From positions 3,894,541 to 3,958,540 of the forward strand of contig OZ251990.1 of the NCBI GenBank assembly GCA_965246825.1: a DNA stretch of 64,000 nucleotides, read 5' to 3'. Below the pieces are notes generated by a model. That model saw only the letters and a program-made list of their open reading frames with translations. It was not told where the DNA came from and ran no database searches. Source of the stretch: Chthonomonadaceae bacterium (GTDB taxonomy: Bacteria > Armatimonadota > Chthonomonadetes > Chthonomonadales > Chthonomonadaceae). Shown in pieces: positions 29,858 to 39,527 of the stretch (its first letter is position 1; each line of letters opens with the position of its first letter). Made by a program: the position numbers and the translations under genes.

Positions 29858-30763
29858 ATGAGTGAGTCGAATGGCACGGGAGCGGAAACTTCCACCTGGC
29901 GGACCAAGGTCGGACTGGCCGAGATGCTGAAGGGCGGCGTCATCATGGACGTGGCCAATGTGGAGCAGGCGGTGATTGCAGAGGAGGCAGGAGCCGTCGC
30001 AGTGATGGCCCTGGAGCGGGTTCCTTCAGATATTCGCAAGTTCGGGGGCGTGGCGCGAATGTCCGACCCGAAAATGATCCGAGAAATCATGGGAGCGGTT
30101 ACGATTCCGGTTATGGCGAAATGCCGGATCGGGCATCTCGCCGAAGCGCAGATTTTGGAAGCCCTGGGCGTGGATTTTATTGATGAAAGCGAAGTGCTGA
30201 CCCCGGCGGACGAAGAAAACCACGTCAACAAGCACGACTATCAAGTGCCGTTTGTCTGCGGCTGCCGTGATCTCGGCGAAGCCCTGCGGCGGATCGGCGA
30301 AGGCGCGGCTTTGATTCGCACCAAAGGCGAGCCGGGAACCGGAAACGTGGTGGAGGCGGTGCGTCACATGAGAACGCTGATGCGCGATCTGCGCCGGGTG
30401 CAGTCTCTGCGCGAGGACGAACTGATGGTGGCCGCAAAAGAGTTTCGCGCTCCCTACGATTTGATTCAGCAAATTCACCGCACCGGCAAACTGCCGGTTC
30501 CGAACTTCTCGGCAGGCGGGATCGCCACCCCTGCCGATGCCGCGCTGATGATGCAACTGGGCGCAGAGACGGTGTTTGTCGGCTCCGGGATTTTCAAGTC
30601 CTCCGATCCGAAAGGGTTTGCCCGCGCCATTGTGGACGCCACCCTACACTACAAAGACCCGGCGGCCCTCGCGCAAATCTCCTCCGGCATGGGAACCGCG
30701 ATGGAAAGCCTCGATGTTCGCACCCTGCCCGAAACGGAAATCATGGCGACTCGCGGCTGGTAG
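29858..30763 (+). CDS. pdxS: pyridoxal 5'-phosphate synthase lyase subunit PdxS
   Basis: [37 protein letters not shown]...[17 protein letters not shown] ribosome-binding site before ATG 29858. No pdxT gene is adjacent. Confidence 0.9.
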   Translation: MSESNGTGAETSTWRTKVGLAEMLKGGVIMDVANVEQAVIAEEAGAVAVMALERVPSDIRKFGGVARMSDPKMIREIMGAVTIPVMAKCRIGHLAEAQILEALGVDFIDESEVLTPADEENHVNKHDYQVPFVCGCRDLGEALRRIGEGAALIRTKGEPGTGNVVEAVRHMRTLMRDLRRVQSLREDELMVAAKEFRAPYDLIQQIHRTGKLPVPNFSAGGIATPADAALMMQLGAETVFVGSGIFKSSDPKGFARAIVDATLHYKDPAALAQISSGMGTAMESLDVRTLPETEIMATRGW

Positions 30764-30882
30764 CGATTAGGGATCGGGAGCCGCCAACCGAACGAGCCTC
30801 CGAACCTCCGTTCTGCTCGTGACTTCCGATCCTCTTGATGCCCGGTCGCTCTCATGTGAGAAAAGCAACTTTGGAACGCTGG

Positions 30883-30938
30883 GGTTTCATTCAATCAGGC
30901 CGGAAGGCGGCACTGAAACAGTGATTGAATGAAACCCT
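30883..30938. repeat. palindromic element, same family (copy 3)
   Basis: GGGTTTCATTCAATCA-24 nt-TGATTGAATGAAACCC is a perfect 16-bp inverted repeat with no flanking T-run. Confidence 0.6.
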
Positions 30939-30989
30939 GGACAAGAGGTCATCCCCTTTTGCCCGCCTTCTCTGCCCTTTTCCGAACGG

Positions 30990-33011
30990 TTATCCCTTTC
31001 CGTTACTCACCGCCGGAACTTTCGCCTCCTGCACCAGGGGTACGGTTTCGACGATTACGGGCAGCGTGGGGGAAGACGGCGGCAGTGCCTCTTTGAGCGC
31101 GCTGAGAAACGCCGGGTTTTCCGCGAGCCTCTGCGCCACATTCGCGGCAAGTTCGGGCGAAACATTCGCCGTGTCGTTTCCCGTCACGCGGGCAATCGCA
31201 GGCTGAAGCAGGCTTCCCAGCTGCGCGATCAGGCCGTTTACCGCGTCCTCTTTGCCGTTTCCCGTGCCGGTTGTCGGGTTGGCCCCCTTTGCGAAACCCT
31301 CCAGCATCGAGCGGAACCCAAACCCTTTTGCCATGTTGTCCATCATCGTTGTGGCCGTTTCCGGGGTTCCATAAAGGGTCATGTGTCCATTGGCGAGAAA
31401 ACTGGCCATTGCCCGCGCAAACTCCATCTGCACATCGCGATCCGCCTGAATAGTCAATCGCTGCACCTCCAGCTGGATGCCCGCCTGAGCGAACTCCTGG
31501 CGGTTTTCCAGCTGCTGCCGCTCGACCGCCACCCGCGCTCCCTCCACATTGACCTCTTCCCGTGCAACCTCTACTGCGACCATCTGCTGTGCCCGCTCGC
31601 CTCGTGCCACCAGTTCTTTGGACGTGGCTTCCGCCTCTGCCAGCTGCCTTCGGGCATCGGCCTGCTGCTGTGCGGCCTCCCGCTCCGCCTCCGCCTGTTT
31701 GACACGGGTGTAGGCTTCCACATCCGCCCCGGTTTGCGATTGAAGTTTGCTCTGCTCGATTTGCTGCCGGGCCGCAATCAGTTTCTTGTTCGCTTCGCGG
31801 TCTGCCTCCGCCAGCTGCGTAACGGTGACAACCTGCTGGCTTGCTCGTTCGCGCTCGGCAGAAGCCAGCAGTGCCGACTCCTCCGCCTTGGCCCGGGCCG
31901 TTTCCCGCTCGGCAACAGCAATCTGCTTTTGCCGTTCCGCCAATGACACCCCTTGTTCCCGCTCGACCGTCGCCATCTGCACCTGCTGATCGCGGGCGAT
32001 CTGAGCCGTCTGCACTGCCTGTTCCTGCTGGGTACGGGCAATTTCGACCGCCTGTTCGCGGGCGATCTCCTGCGCCTGAATCTGCTTCTCCTTTTCGATT
32101 TTGGCGAGTTCGATCTGCCGCTGCTGCACAATCACGGCTTCCTGCGCCTCCCGCTCTTTGTCGGCGCGAACCTTTGCGATTTCGGTGGCCTGCTGCGCCT
32201 CCGATTCCGCCTGCTGCCGTTCGAGCTGCAAGATCAACTGCCGGGTCTCCACATCTTTTTGCTTTTTGTTGCGCTCTGCCTCCCGCTCCAGGTGGTTGCG
32301 CTCGACGGCAGCAGCGGCAGTGATTTCGGTGATCTTGCGTTTGCCCTGAGCATCGAAAACGTTGTTATCCGACAGTTCCCCCGGATCGGTTTGATCCAAT
32401 TCCGAAATCGTTACCGACTCCAGGAGAAGGCCGTTTGATTCGAGGTCTACTTTGACGTGCTCTTTCACCCGTTCGGCAAACTCATCGCGTTTGGTGTGAA
32501 TCTCGAACAAGTCCATCTGAGAAGCAATCGCCCGCAGTGCCGACACCAGTTTCTCGCTGACGAGTGCCTCGACGGTTTCGGCGTTCACGCTGTTCTCGCC
32601 CAGCGAGCGGGCCGCATTCAAGATGTGTTCTTCGTCTGCCTGGACCCGGATGTAAAACTGGGCCAGTACATTGGCACGGAGGTTGTCGCGGGTAATCAGC
32701 GCGTTCTGCCCGCGTGGGTTCACGCCCAGTTTCATCGTCCGCAGGTTGATCTCCAGAATTCGATGAAGCCAGGGATACACCCGGATTCCACCATCCAACA
32801 CCACTTTGCTGCCGCCGGAACCCGTGCGAACAAACGCTTGATCGGCACTTGTGCGCCGGTAAAACATCATCAGGGTGGCTCCGACGCCGACGAGCATCAA
32901 GACCAGCCCCGCCACCCCCAGCAAAATCTGCACCGCAAACCCGAGATGTCCGGCAAACAGACTTCCCAGCGTCACGCCCAAACCAACGATGACTAAAATT
33001 GGTCCCATCAT
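30990..33011 (-). CDS. flotillin/band-7 (SPFH) family protein with long coiled-coil
   Basis: N-terminal TM helix, SPFH core, an extended E/A/Q/R-rich coiled coil, and a C-terminal A/G-rich tail. AAAGGAGGAG ribosome-binding site before ATG 33011. Confidence 0.8.
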   Translation of the reverse strand: MMGPILVIVGLGVTLGSLFAGHLGFAVQILLGVAGLVLMLVGVGATLMMFYRRTSADQAFVRTGSGGSKVVLDGGIRVYPWLHRILEINLRTMKLGVNPRGQNALITRDNLRANVLAQFYIRVQADEEHILNAARSLGENSVNAETVEALVSEKLVSALRAIASQMDLFEIHTKRDEFAERVKEHVKVDLESNGLLLESVTISELDQTDPGELSDNNVFDAQGKRKITEITAAAAVERNHLEREAERNKKQKDVETRQLILQLERQQAESEAQQATEIAKVRADKEREAQEAVIVQQRQIELAKIEKEKQIQAQEIAREQAVEIARTQQEQAVQTAQIARDQQVQMATVEREQGVSLAERQKQIAVAERETARAKAEESALLASAERERASQQVVTVTQLAEADREANKKLIAARQQIEQSKLQSQTGADVEAYTRVKQAEAEREAAQQQADARRQLAEAEATSKELVARGERAQQMVAVEVAREEVNVEGARVAVERQQLENRQEFAQAGIQLEVQRLTIQADRDVQMEFARAMASFLANGHMTLYGTPETATTMMDNMAKGFGFRSMLEGFAKGANPTTGTGNGKEDAVNGLIAQLGSLLQPAIARVTGNDTANVSPELAANVAQRLAENPAFLSALKEALPPSSPTLPVIVETVPLVQEAKVPAVSNGKG

Positions 33012-33199
33012 GTCCGGCTCCTCCTTTAGAAGCCTTTGAGAGAAACGCGGTTCGGCGTTCCCTCCTTTGTTCCCTGTCTGCTGTTTTCCCACAAACAAGG
33101 GAACTTCTCACGTTTGCGCTTGCGGGTCGTGGTTGAGGCCGGGCTTTTCGCCCGCTCCCCCTTGCACCCTCCTATTTTTTCTCTCCACCTCACTCCACT

Positions 33200-33955
33200 T
33201 CACTCTACCGCTTCCACGATCAGCCTGCCGCCTGTATCGCGATCTACCACCATTGCCCGCCCGCCTCGTGAGATCGTTGGCCTTCCGGCCTCGACACGGC
33301 ACATTTCATCATGCAAGGTTCCAAACGAGTCGTAGACATGGATTCGCCCGCTCGTTTCGGAAACGGGAAACGCCACCTTTCCGATCAGGCCGTAAAGCCC
33401 CTCCCGCGACACCACCAGCGATTCGTCTTCGGGCATCATACGCCCCAGAACCTCCGCCGCCAGCCGTGCCCCGATCAGGCCGCCGACCAGAGCCGCCGCG
33501 ACCGACGGCAGGATTTTCGCAGGCGGCAGCCCCTCCCCGTGAATCCACATTCGGTTGGCCCAGTATCCGCACAGCCCCCACACCAGAAAAAACGCCTCCA
33601 GCACCATCGGGAGCGGTGCATTGCGTGAGCCGGTCAGGTTCCAGACAAAGTGATTGTTGATCGTCACGTTCGGGCGTTCCTGCGCTTCGGCGGCTTTCGT
33701 TTTGTGCCCCGACGCAGAAGAGTGATGGGAAGGGGGAGCGTGGGCGGGCGAATGAGCCGGGGCACGGATCGCTTCGTGCCCGCGATGTCCGGCAGAGGAG
33801 GCGTGTCCGCCGTGTGCGTGTCCGGCGTGCCCATGCCCGCCGTGCCCGCCCCGGTGTCCGAGTTTCAAGGACGAAAGCAGCAGGAGCAGGGCGGAGATCG
33901 CCATAGGAAGCAGAAAAATAAGATACTGCCACCCAAGAAGTTCTGAAGCGTTCAT
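33200..33955 (-). CDS. NfeD-like membrane protein (flotillin-associated), with His/Gly-rich tract
   Basis: Two or three TM helices and a C-terminal beta-rich domain (GLIGKVAFPVSETSGRIHVYDSFGTLHDEMCRVEAG) like the NfeD/YuaF OB-fold. It sits directly upstream of the flotillin gene. The His/Gly-rich tract is HRGGHGGHGHAGHAHGGHASSAGHRGH. Confidence 0.5.
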   Translation of the reverse strand: MNASELLGWQYLIFLLPMAISALLLLLSSLKLGHRGGHGGHGHAGHAHGGHASSAGHRGHEAIRAPAHSPAHAPPSHHSSASGHKTKAAEAQERPNVTINNHFVWNLTGSRNAPLPMVLEAFFLVWGLCGYWANRMWIHGEGLPPAKILPSVAAALVGGLIGARLAAEVLGRMMPEDESLVVSREGLYGLIGKVAFPVSETSGRIHVYDSFGTLHDEMCRVEAGRPTISRGGRAMVVDRDTGGRLIVEAVE

Positions 33956-34094
33956 GCGTCAACCTTTCTTTTCGGGCGACGTTTGCACCGGCTTCGTTGT
34001 CGGGCATTCGATGTCGTCATTCCGCATGACGGAGCAATTTTCGGCGCGTTCCATTATTTCTGAACTTTTTTTCACAAAGTTTTCCCTTGAGGCA

Positions 34095-34127
34095 GGCAAA
34101 GAAAAGAGGAGGCGGCGGCCTCCTCTT
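34095..34127 (-). terminator. intrinsic terminator after the GspE-like ATPase gene (minus strand)
   Basis: Stem AAGAGGAGGC/GCCTCCTCTT with loop GGCG. On the minus strand it is followed by TTTTCTTTG. Confidence 0.5.
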
Positions 34128-34159
34128 TTCCGGGTCTGGTTTTCTTCGGGGCGGTGTTT

Positions 34160-35422
34160 CTAGCTGATGCTCATCGTCGAGTACACGGCGTTGAAGACCT
34201 CTTTGGGCGTGGTCAGTCCCTCGGCGATTTTCTGGTAGCCGTCTTCAAGCATGGTTCGCATCTGCTGCTTTGTGCGGACATAGGCGGTGATGTCCTGCAT
34301 CGTGCTTTTTTTGGCGATGAGTTCGCGAAATTCCGGCGTGGAGATAATCACCTCAAACAGTCCGAGCCGGCCCTTGAACCCCGTCTGGCGGCAGGTTTCG
34401 CAGCCGCGCCCGTGCATGAATTTCACCTGCGTACAGCGAGCTGGGTCCAAGCCGATTTCGATGAGTTCGTCGGGGTTGGGCGTATAGGCTTCCTTGCAGT
34501 TTTTGCAAATGGTACGCACGAGCCGCTGCGCCATGATCGCCTGCACCGTCGAGGCAATGAGATAGGGCTCGGCTCCCATGTCCTGCATTCGTCCGACCGT
34601 TTCGAGCGCGTTGTTGGTGTGCAGCGACGAGAGCACGAGGTGACCGGTGAGGCTGGCTTGAATTCCGATGCCCAGGGACTCCGCATCCCGCATTTCCCCG
34701 ACGAGCATCACGTCCGGGTCCTGCCGTAAAAACGAACGCATCACTCGCGGAAAGTTCATTTTTTCGGTGACCTGAACCTGGGTGATATGATCCTCGAACT
34801 CATATTCGATGGGGTCTTCGACGGTGACGATGTTGCGTTTTTCCCGATCCAGTTTGTTGAGCGAGGCGTAGAGTGTGGAGGTTTTGCCGCTTCCGGTAGG
34901 GCCGGTCACAAGGGCCAGTCCATAGGAGGACTGAACCGCGTTTTCCCACTTTTTGAGTACATCCGGGGGCATTCCGAGGCGATCCAGTTCCACTTTCGCG
35001 CCGACGGGATCGAGCAGACGCATCACGATTTTTTCCCCGTTCAGCATCGGCAGGCACGACATACGGGCGGAAAGGCGGCGGGTGCTGTACTGCATATCGA
35101 GGCGTCCGTCCTGCGGTTCGCGCCGTTCATCAATGTGCATTCCGGCGGCGAGTTTAAGGCGGGCAATGATATTGGGGGTGATTTCAGGGGAAATCTGCCC
35201 CACGTCGTGCATCACGCCGTCAATGCGGTAGCGCACGAGCATCCGGGTGCGTTCCGGCTGAAGGTGAATATCGGAGGCGGAGAGGTCGAGGGCTTTGCGT
35301 AAAATATAATCGGTATCGGAAACCGCCTGAGTGAGTTCGCCGCCCATTTCGCGCTGAACGCCGCCGTCTCGCATGATAAGCTTGAACTGGGTGAGTGCGC
35401 CCGATTTTCCTACCTGAGTCAT
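34160..35422 (-). CDS. GspE/PilB-family secretion ATPase (short form lacking N1 domain)
   Basis: Walker A LVTGPTGSGKTSTLYASL, plus Asp box, Walker B, His box and the tetracysteine motif CKNC...CETC. AGGAGAA ribosome-binding site before ATG 35422. Confidence 0.8.
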   Translation of the reverse strand: MTQVGKSGALTQFKLIMRDGGVQREMGGELTQAVSDTDYILRKALDLSASDIHLQPERTRMLVRYRIDGVMHDVGQISPEITPNIIARLKLAAGMHIDERREPQDGRLDMQYSTRRLSARMSCLPMLNGEKIVMRLLDPVGAKVELDRLGMPPDVLKKWENAVQSSYGLALVTGPTGSGKTSTLYASLNKLDREKRNIVTVEDPIEYEFEDHITQVQVTEKMNFPRVMRSFLRQDPDVMLVGEMRDAESLGIGIQASLTGHLVLSSLHTNNALETVGRMQDMGAEPYLIASTVQAIMAQRLVRTICKNCKEAYTPNPDELIEIGLDPARCTQVKFMHGRGCETCRQTGFKGRLGLFEVIISTPEFRELIAKKSTMQDITAYVRTKQQMRTMLEDGYQKIAEGLTTPKEVFNAVYSTMSIS

Positions 35423-35778
35423 CTGTTTCGGTTCTCCTGGGGCTTTGGCGAAGGGGCCGCCAAATTCGGTGATCTTTGGTGATGACGGGCTATTCGGCAG
35501 CAAACGTCCGTTTTCCTGTTTGATCCGTTTCCGTCTTTCCCGGATTCGCCGTGACAGGTTTGACTTTCGCTTCGGCGGGCGGGCAGCGGTTCCTTATTTT
35601 GCAGAGAGCACGAGAGAAGATTGCAGCGGAGTTAGAGGCGAGGTAAGAAAGGCTTTGAGGAAAGAATTTCGCTTTTTCGCTGTGTCGGGGGCTTGTTGAG
35701 GCATTGCTGAGCGGCATACCCGCTTTCCGAAGAGTCGGTGTTGAGGGTATACTCCCCTAGAGATCATTTCCGCCTTTT

Positions 35779-36228
35779 ATGTTTTGGGGACAGGAGACCA
35801 AAGCCATCAAGCCCGACCCGCCGACTTTCGACACTTCCCTCCCCCCTGAAACCCGCCTTACCGTTTTCGCTGGGGCAGTCTTTGCCTTTTGTGCGGTCGC
35901 ATTCGGAGCGTTTGGGTCTCACGCCCTCAAAGCCGCCTTGGACGCCAACGGAACCGCCCAAACCTTTCAGACCGGGGCGCACTATCATCTCACCCACGCG
36001 CTCGCGCTTTTGCTTGTGGCCGTTCTGCCTCTTCCGGCTCGGTTTCAACGCCGTCTGCGGCTTCTATTCTCGATTGGAATTCTCATTTTCTCCGGCTCTT
36101 TGTACCTGCTGGCGATAACGAATGTGCGCTGGCTCGGAGCCATTACCCCCCTTGGCGGCCTCTGTTTTCTTTCCGGCTGGCTTACCCTGGCCTATGCCTC
36201 GCTTCGTGCGCCCGCTTCCGTGAGCTGA
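35779..36228 (+). CDS. DUF423 (YgdD/TMEM256-like) membrane protein
   Basis: FGAFGSHALK...GAHYHLTHAL with four TM helices. The 3' end overlaps the convergent regulator gene by 37 nt. Confidence 0.6.
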   Translation: MFWGQETKAIKPDPPTFDTSLPPETRLTVFAGAVFAFCAVAFGAFGSHALKAALDANGTAQTFQTGAHYHLTHALALLLVAVLPLPARFQRRLRLLFSIGILIFSGSLYLLAITNVRWLGAITPLGGLCFLSGWLTLAYASLRAPASVS

Positions 36229-39218
36229 GCCGATTCTGCTGCCCCAACCACCCGTAGGGCATAGGCGACGGCTTGCGGCTCGTCCATTCGTACCCCGGTT
36301 TCCCAGGCGCACCGATAATCTGCCTCTCCAATCTGTTCGCGCAGTTCTTCGAGGTACGCTCTCTGAGCAGGGCGTTCTGCGGGCGGTGTCAAATAGCCGG
36401 TCGCTTCTCGCAGGGTAGCGACGGCCCCCTCAATGGTCACGGCTTCCGCCACCTGCCCCCGTTTCCAGGCCAAATTCGCAAGGTCTTTCAGGGAAAGAGC
36501 GACTGCCCAGAAAACCTGTGCGCCATGAAATCGCTGCAGCGTTTCGCGGACATACTCAAGTGCATCTTCGTCCCGTCCCCGTTGACGTGCCAATTGTCCC
36601 AACGCGCCCAGCGAATAGGCAGACGCGATCTCGTTTCCGTTTTTGTGCCGCAGGCTCAGGGCACGCTCGAAGAAACCCTGGGCCGCACCAAAGTTTTCTT
36701 CACGCATCTCCACGTTGCCCAGGCTGTGACAGGACGCGGCAATTCCCAGCTCATCCTCCAAGGCTTCACGAATGTCGAGGCTTTGCGTGTAGAACTCGCG
36801 GGCAAGCGAAAAATGCTGCTCATAAAAGGCCGCATTGCCCAGCCCTTGCAGAGCCGAAGCCTGCCCTTTCCATCCGCAGCCCTCCTGCGAAATCCGCAGG
36901 GCTTGCCGGTAGTACACTTCGGCTGCCGGGTAATCGGCGCGAAGCTGCGCCAGCACACCCGCCCCCTGAAAGGCTCTGGCCCTTTCCTCGCTCAATCCCT
37001 GTGCTTCCGGGAGGGCCAAAACGGTTTTCAGCCAGTCGTCCCCCTCCCGCAGGCCGCCGTTCAATTCCCAGAACCGACAAAGATTGGCCGCCAGTTTCAG
37101 GGCCAGCGGCGGGTCGTTTCGGACACTCCACCGCAGGGCTTCACGCAGATTGTCCTCGTCCCTTTTCAGGCAGGCGAGGTGGCAGCGTTCCTGCGGCGTA
37201 TGATACGCTTCCTTCGCTTTTTCGGCGAGTGTACTGAAAAATCGGGCGTGAAGTTTTCCGGCGTTTTCGGTTAGTCCCGATTCTTCGAGTTTTTCAAGCC
37301 CGAACTCCCGAAGCGGCTCTAGCATCCGCATTCGCTCCTCGCCTTCGGCCTCTGGAGTTTGGAGGGAGTGCGCCGCCTGAAAAATTAGAGAACGCTCTTG
37401 TAACTCTTCGATCAGAAAAGGAGTTTCTTCGCCCAGCACCGCTTCTGCCGCCTCCAGCGTCCAGCCGCCGCGAAAAACGCTCAGCTTCACAAAAGCAGCC
37501 CGCAGTTCGTCGGACAACTGCTCGCAGCTCCATTCGCAGGCGGCCCGCAGGCTCTGCTGACGGGCAGGCAGGTCTTTGCGGCGGCTCACCAGAATTCTCA
37601 GTTGATCTTCCAGTTTTTCCAGCATCCGGGCCGGGGGAAGGGTTTTAATCCAGGCCGCCGCCATCTCAATTGCCAGCGGCATCCCCTCCAGCCGACGGCA
37701 AAGTGAGATGACTGCTTCCGTATTGTGAGAAGTCAGGAGAAAGTCGGCTTTTGCTTTTTGGGCCCGATCCACATAGAGGGCAACCGAGGCACAGGCGGAG
37801 GCCGGGTCGAGGCCGACGTTTTCCGGCAGCGCAAGCGGCGGAAGCACAAAGACCTGTTCGCCCTCCAGACGAAGAGTCTGCCGCGAAGTCACCAGACATT
37901 TCAAGCCGGGGGCTGATTCCAAAAGCCGCCGAATCACCGACCGCCCCCCAGCCCCAAGCGGGTTTTCGGCTTTGGTCTCTTCGTCGGAAAGCAGGTGCTC
38001 CATGTTGTCCAGAACGAGCAGAGACGGAGCCTCCTGCAATTTTGTAAAAACGGCTTGAAGCGGATCGGCCTGTGAAGCCGAAAGATGAAGAGCATTGCGC
38101 AGCAGCATCGGAATCAGGGAGGGAGCCGGAATGTCCGCCAGCGAAACAAACCAGACCCGCCCGCTGAACTGCGGCGAAATGCGGCGGGCGACCTCCAGCG
38201 CAAGGCGGGTTTTACCGGCTCCTCCTGCTCCCAGAATCGTCACGAGCCGAGTCGAGCCGTCGAGAAGAAAATCTTCGAGTTTTTTTTGTTCCTCCTCTCG
38301 CCCGAAAAATTTTGCCAGCGGCTTCGGCAGCGAGGCCGCATCATCCGGGGAAGCCGCAGAGAAGGGAAGCAGAGAGGACGGAGCCGAGGGGGAGGGAAGC
38401 GTGGCCGCAGGGGTCTTTTTCGTTAAGACGGAGGGACGCGCCTGAACCTCAGCGCAACGCAGCACATTGGCGTTACTTTGGCGAACGGCCTCCTTGAGGG
38501 AAACCGTTTCCGGGTGCGGCGAAGCCCCGAACTCGGAGCACAGGGCCGTCTCCAGCCGTCCATAGGCTTTGAGCGCGGCCTCTCGAAGTCCCTGCATCGC
38601 GCTCGCCTTCATCAACAGGCGGCAGGCTCGCTCATCACAGGGGTCGCTTTCCAGCAAAGCCTCGGCGTCCTGCTGCGCTTCCTGAAGGCGTTCTTCTTCC
38701 AAAAGCAGTTCGGCCCGCTCAAGCAGGGCAGCCGTTCTCTGTGCAGCTGTGCGCGTCTGCGCTCCAATCGCCCACTCGTCATAAAACGACGGCAGCAAGG
38801 GAGAGGCGGAAAGTGCAAGGGCGATGGAAAGCGGGGTGAGGCGGGCGTGTAGGTCGGTTTCACGGCGGGCTGCACGAAGCGCGGCCTCGAACTCGTGAAC
38901 GTCCACCTGAACCGAGGCTGCGTTGAGTGAAACCGACTGGCGATCTGCCCTAAGCACCGATCCGGCAGAAGTGCCTGCCGGTTCGAGAACCCGACGCAAA
39001 AAACTGAGATGGGTACTGAGATTGTTGCGGCCTGCGTCGGCTTCCATCTCCGGCCAGAGCAAATCCATGAGCTGCTCTCGCGAAGGCGTCTGCCCTAGAG
39101 AAAGGGCAAGGTAGGCCAGCAGGTGTCTTGCTTTCTGAGAGGGAAAGCGGGTCACCGCTTCGCCGAACCGAACCAGCCTCAATCCGCCGAAAAGCTCAAT
39201 GCGACAATCGCTTTCCAT
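36192..39218 (-). CDS. STAND-class regulator: OmpR/PhoB-type winged-helix + BTAD domain, NB-ARC-like P-loop NTPase, and TPR repeats (AfsR/SARP-like)
   Basis: N-terminal ELFGGLRLVRFGEAVTRFPSQKARHLLAYLAL (SARP-type wHTH), P-loop LVTILGAGGAGKTRLALEVA, an LVTSRQTLRLEGE (hhhhTSR) motif, and C-terminal TPRs. GGAGGAA ribosome-binding site before ATG 39218. Confidence 0.75.
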   Translation of the reverse strand: MESDCRIELFGGLRLVRFGEAVTRFPSQKARHLLAYLALSLGQTPSREQLMDLLWPEMEADAGRNNLSTHLSFLRRVLEPAGTSAGSVLRADRQSVSLNAASVQVDVHEFEAALRAARRETDLHARLTPLSIALALSASPLLPSFYDEWAIGAQTRTAAQRTAALLERAELLLEEERLQEAQQDAEALLESDPCDERACRLLMKASAMQGLREAALKAYGRLETALCSEFGASPHPETVSLKEAVRQSNANVLRCAEVQARPSVLTKKTPAATLPSPSAPSSLLPFSAASPDDAASLPKPLAKFFGREEEQKKLEDFLLDGSTRLVTILGAGGAGKTRLALEVARRISPQFSGRVWFVSLADIPAPSLIPMLLRNALHLSASQADPLQAVFTKLQEAPSLLVLDNMEHLLSDEETKAENPLGAGGRSVIRRLLESAPGLKCLVTSRQTLRLEGEQVFVLPPLALPENVGLDPASACASVALYVDRAQKAKADFLLTSHNTEAVISLCRRLEGMPLAIEMAAAWIKTLPPARMLEKLEDQLRILVSRRKDLPARQQSLRAACEWSCEQLSDELRAAFVKLSVFRGGWTLEAAEAVLGEETPFLIEELQERSLIFQAAHSLQTPEAEGEERMRMLEPLREFGLEKLEESGLTENAGKLHARFFSTLAEKAKEAYHTPQERCHLACLKRDEDNLREALRWSVRNDPPLALKLAANLCRFWELNGGLREGDDWLKTVLALPEAQGLSEERARAFQGAGVLAQLRADYPAAEVYYRQALRISQEGCGWKGQASALQGLGNAAFYEQHFSLAREFYTQSLDIREALEDELGIAASCHSLGNVEMREENFGAAQGFFERALSLRHKNGNEIASAYSLGALGQLARQRGRDEDALEYVRETLQRFHGAQVFWAVALSLKDLANLAWKRGQVAEAVTIEGAVATLREATGYLTPPAERPAQRAYLEELREQIGEADYRCAWETGVRMDEPQAVAYALRVVGAAESAQLTEAGARSEA

Positions 39219-39527
39219 GCCGCTTCCTCCACCCGCGTTTTTAATCCATCGCTCCCTGTTGCAAATTCCTGAACGGTCTCTTTATTTTACTCTGTTTTCT
39301 TTTTTTTGAGAGTGTGAATTTTTTAGGAGTTGCTTAGGAGTCGTGTGATATTCTTCTCCAGAAGCGATCTCATTGCACCGATTGCAAAGGCAGGAAGCCC
39401 CCCAGGCTTTTGCCGAGCGATGCACGCTCGTGACGCTTTCCGTTCGGGCAGAACCCAGCGTTGTCTTCACGAATTTGGCTGCTTCCGAACCTGTTCCACT
39501 CTCTTTTTTCACTCCGTAGGAGGAACT

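Noticed and set aside
30925-31206. 93-aa ORF starting inside the palindromic element
   Set aside because: Its start codon is part of the TGAATGAAACCC hairpin arm and it overlaps the flotillin gene's 3' end antisense. Judged spurious.
36273-37274. 333-aa and 239-aa plus-strand ORFs inside the STAND regulator gene
   Set aside because: Antisense or alternative frame of a 1008-aa gene with clear domain structure.
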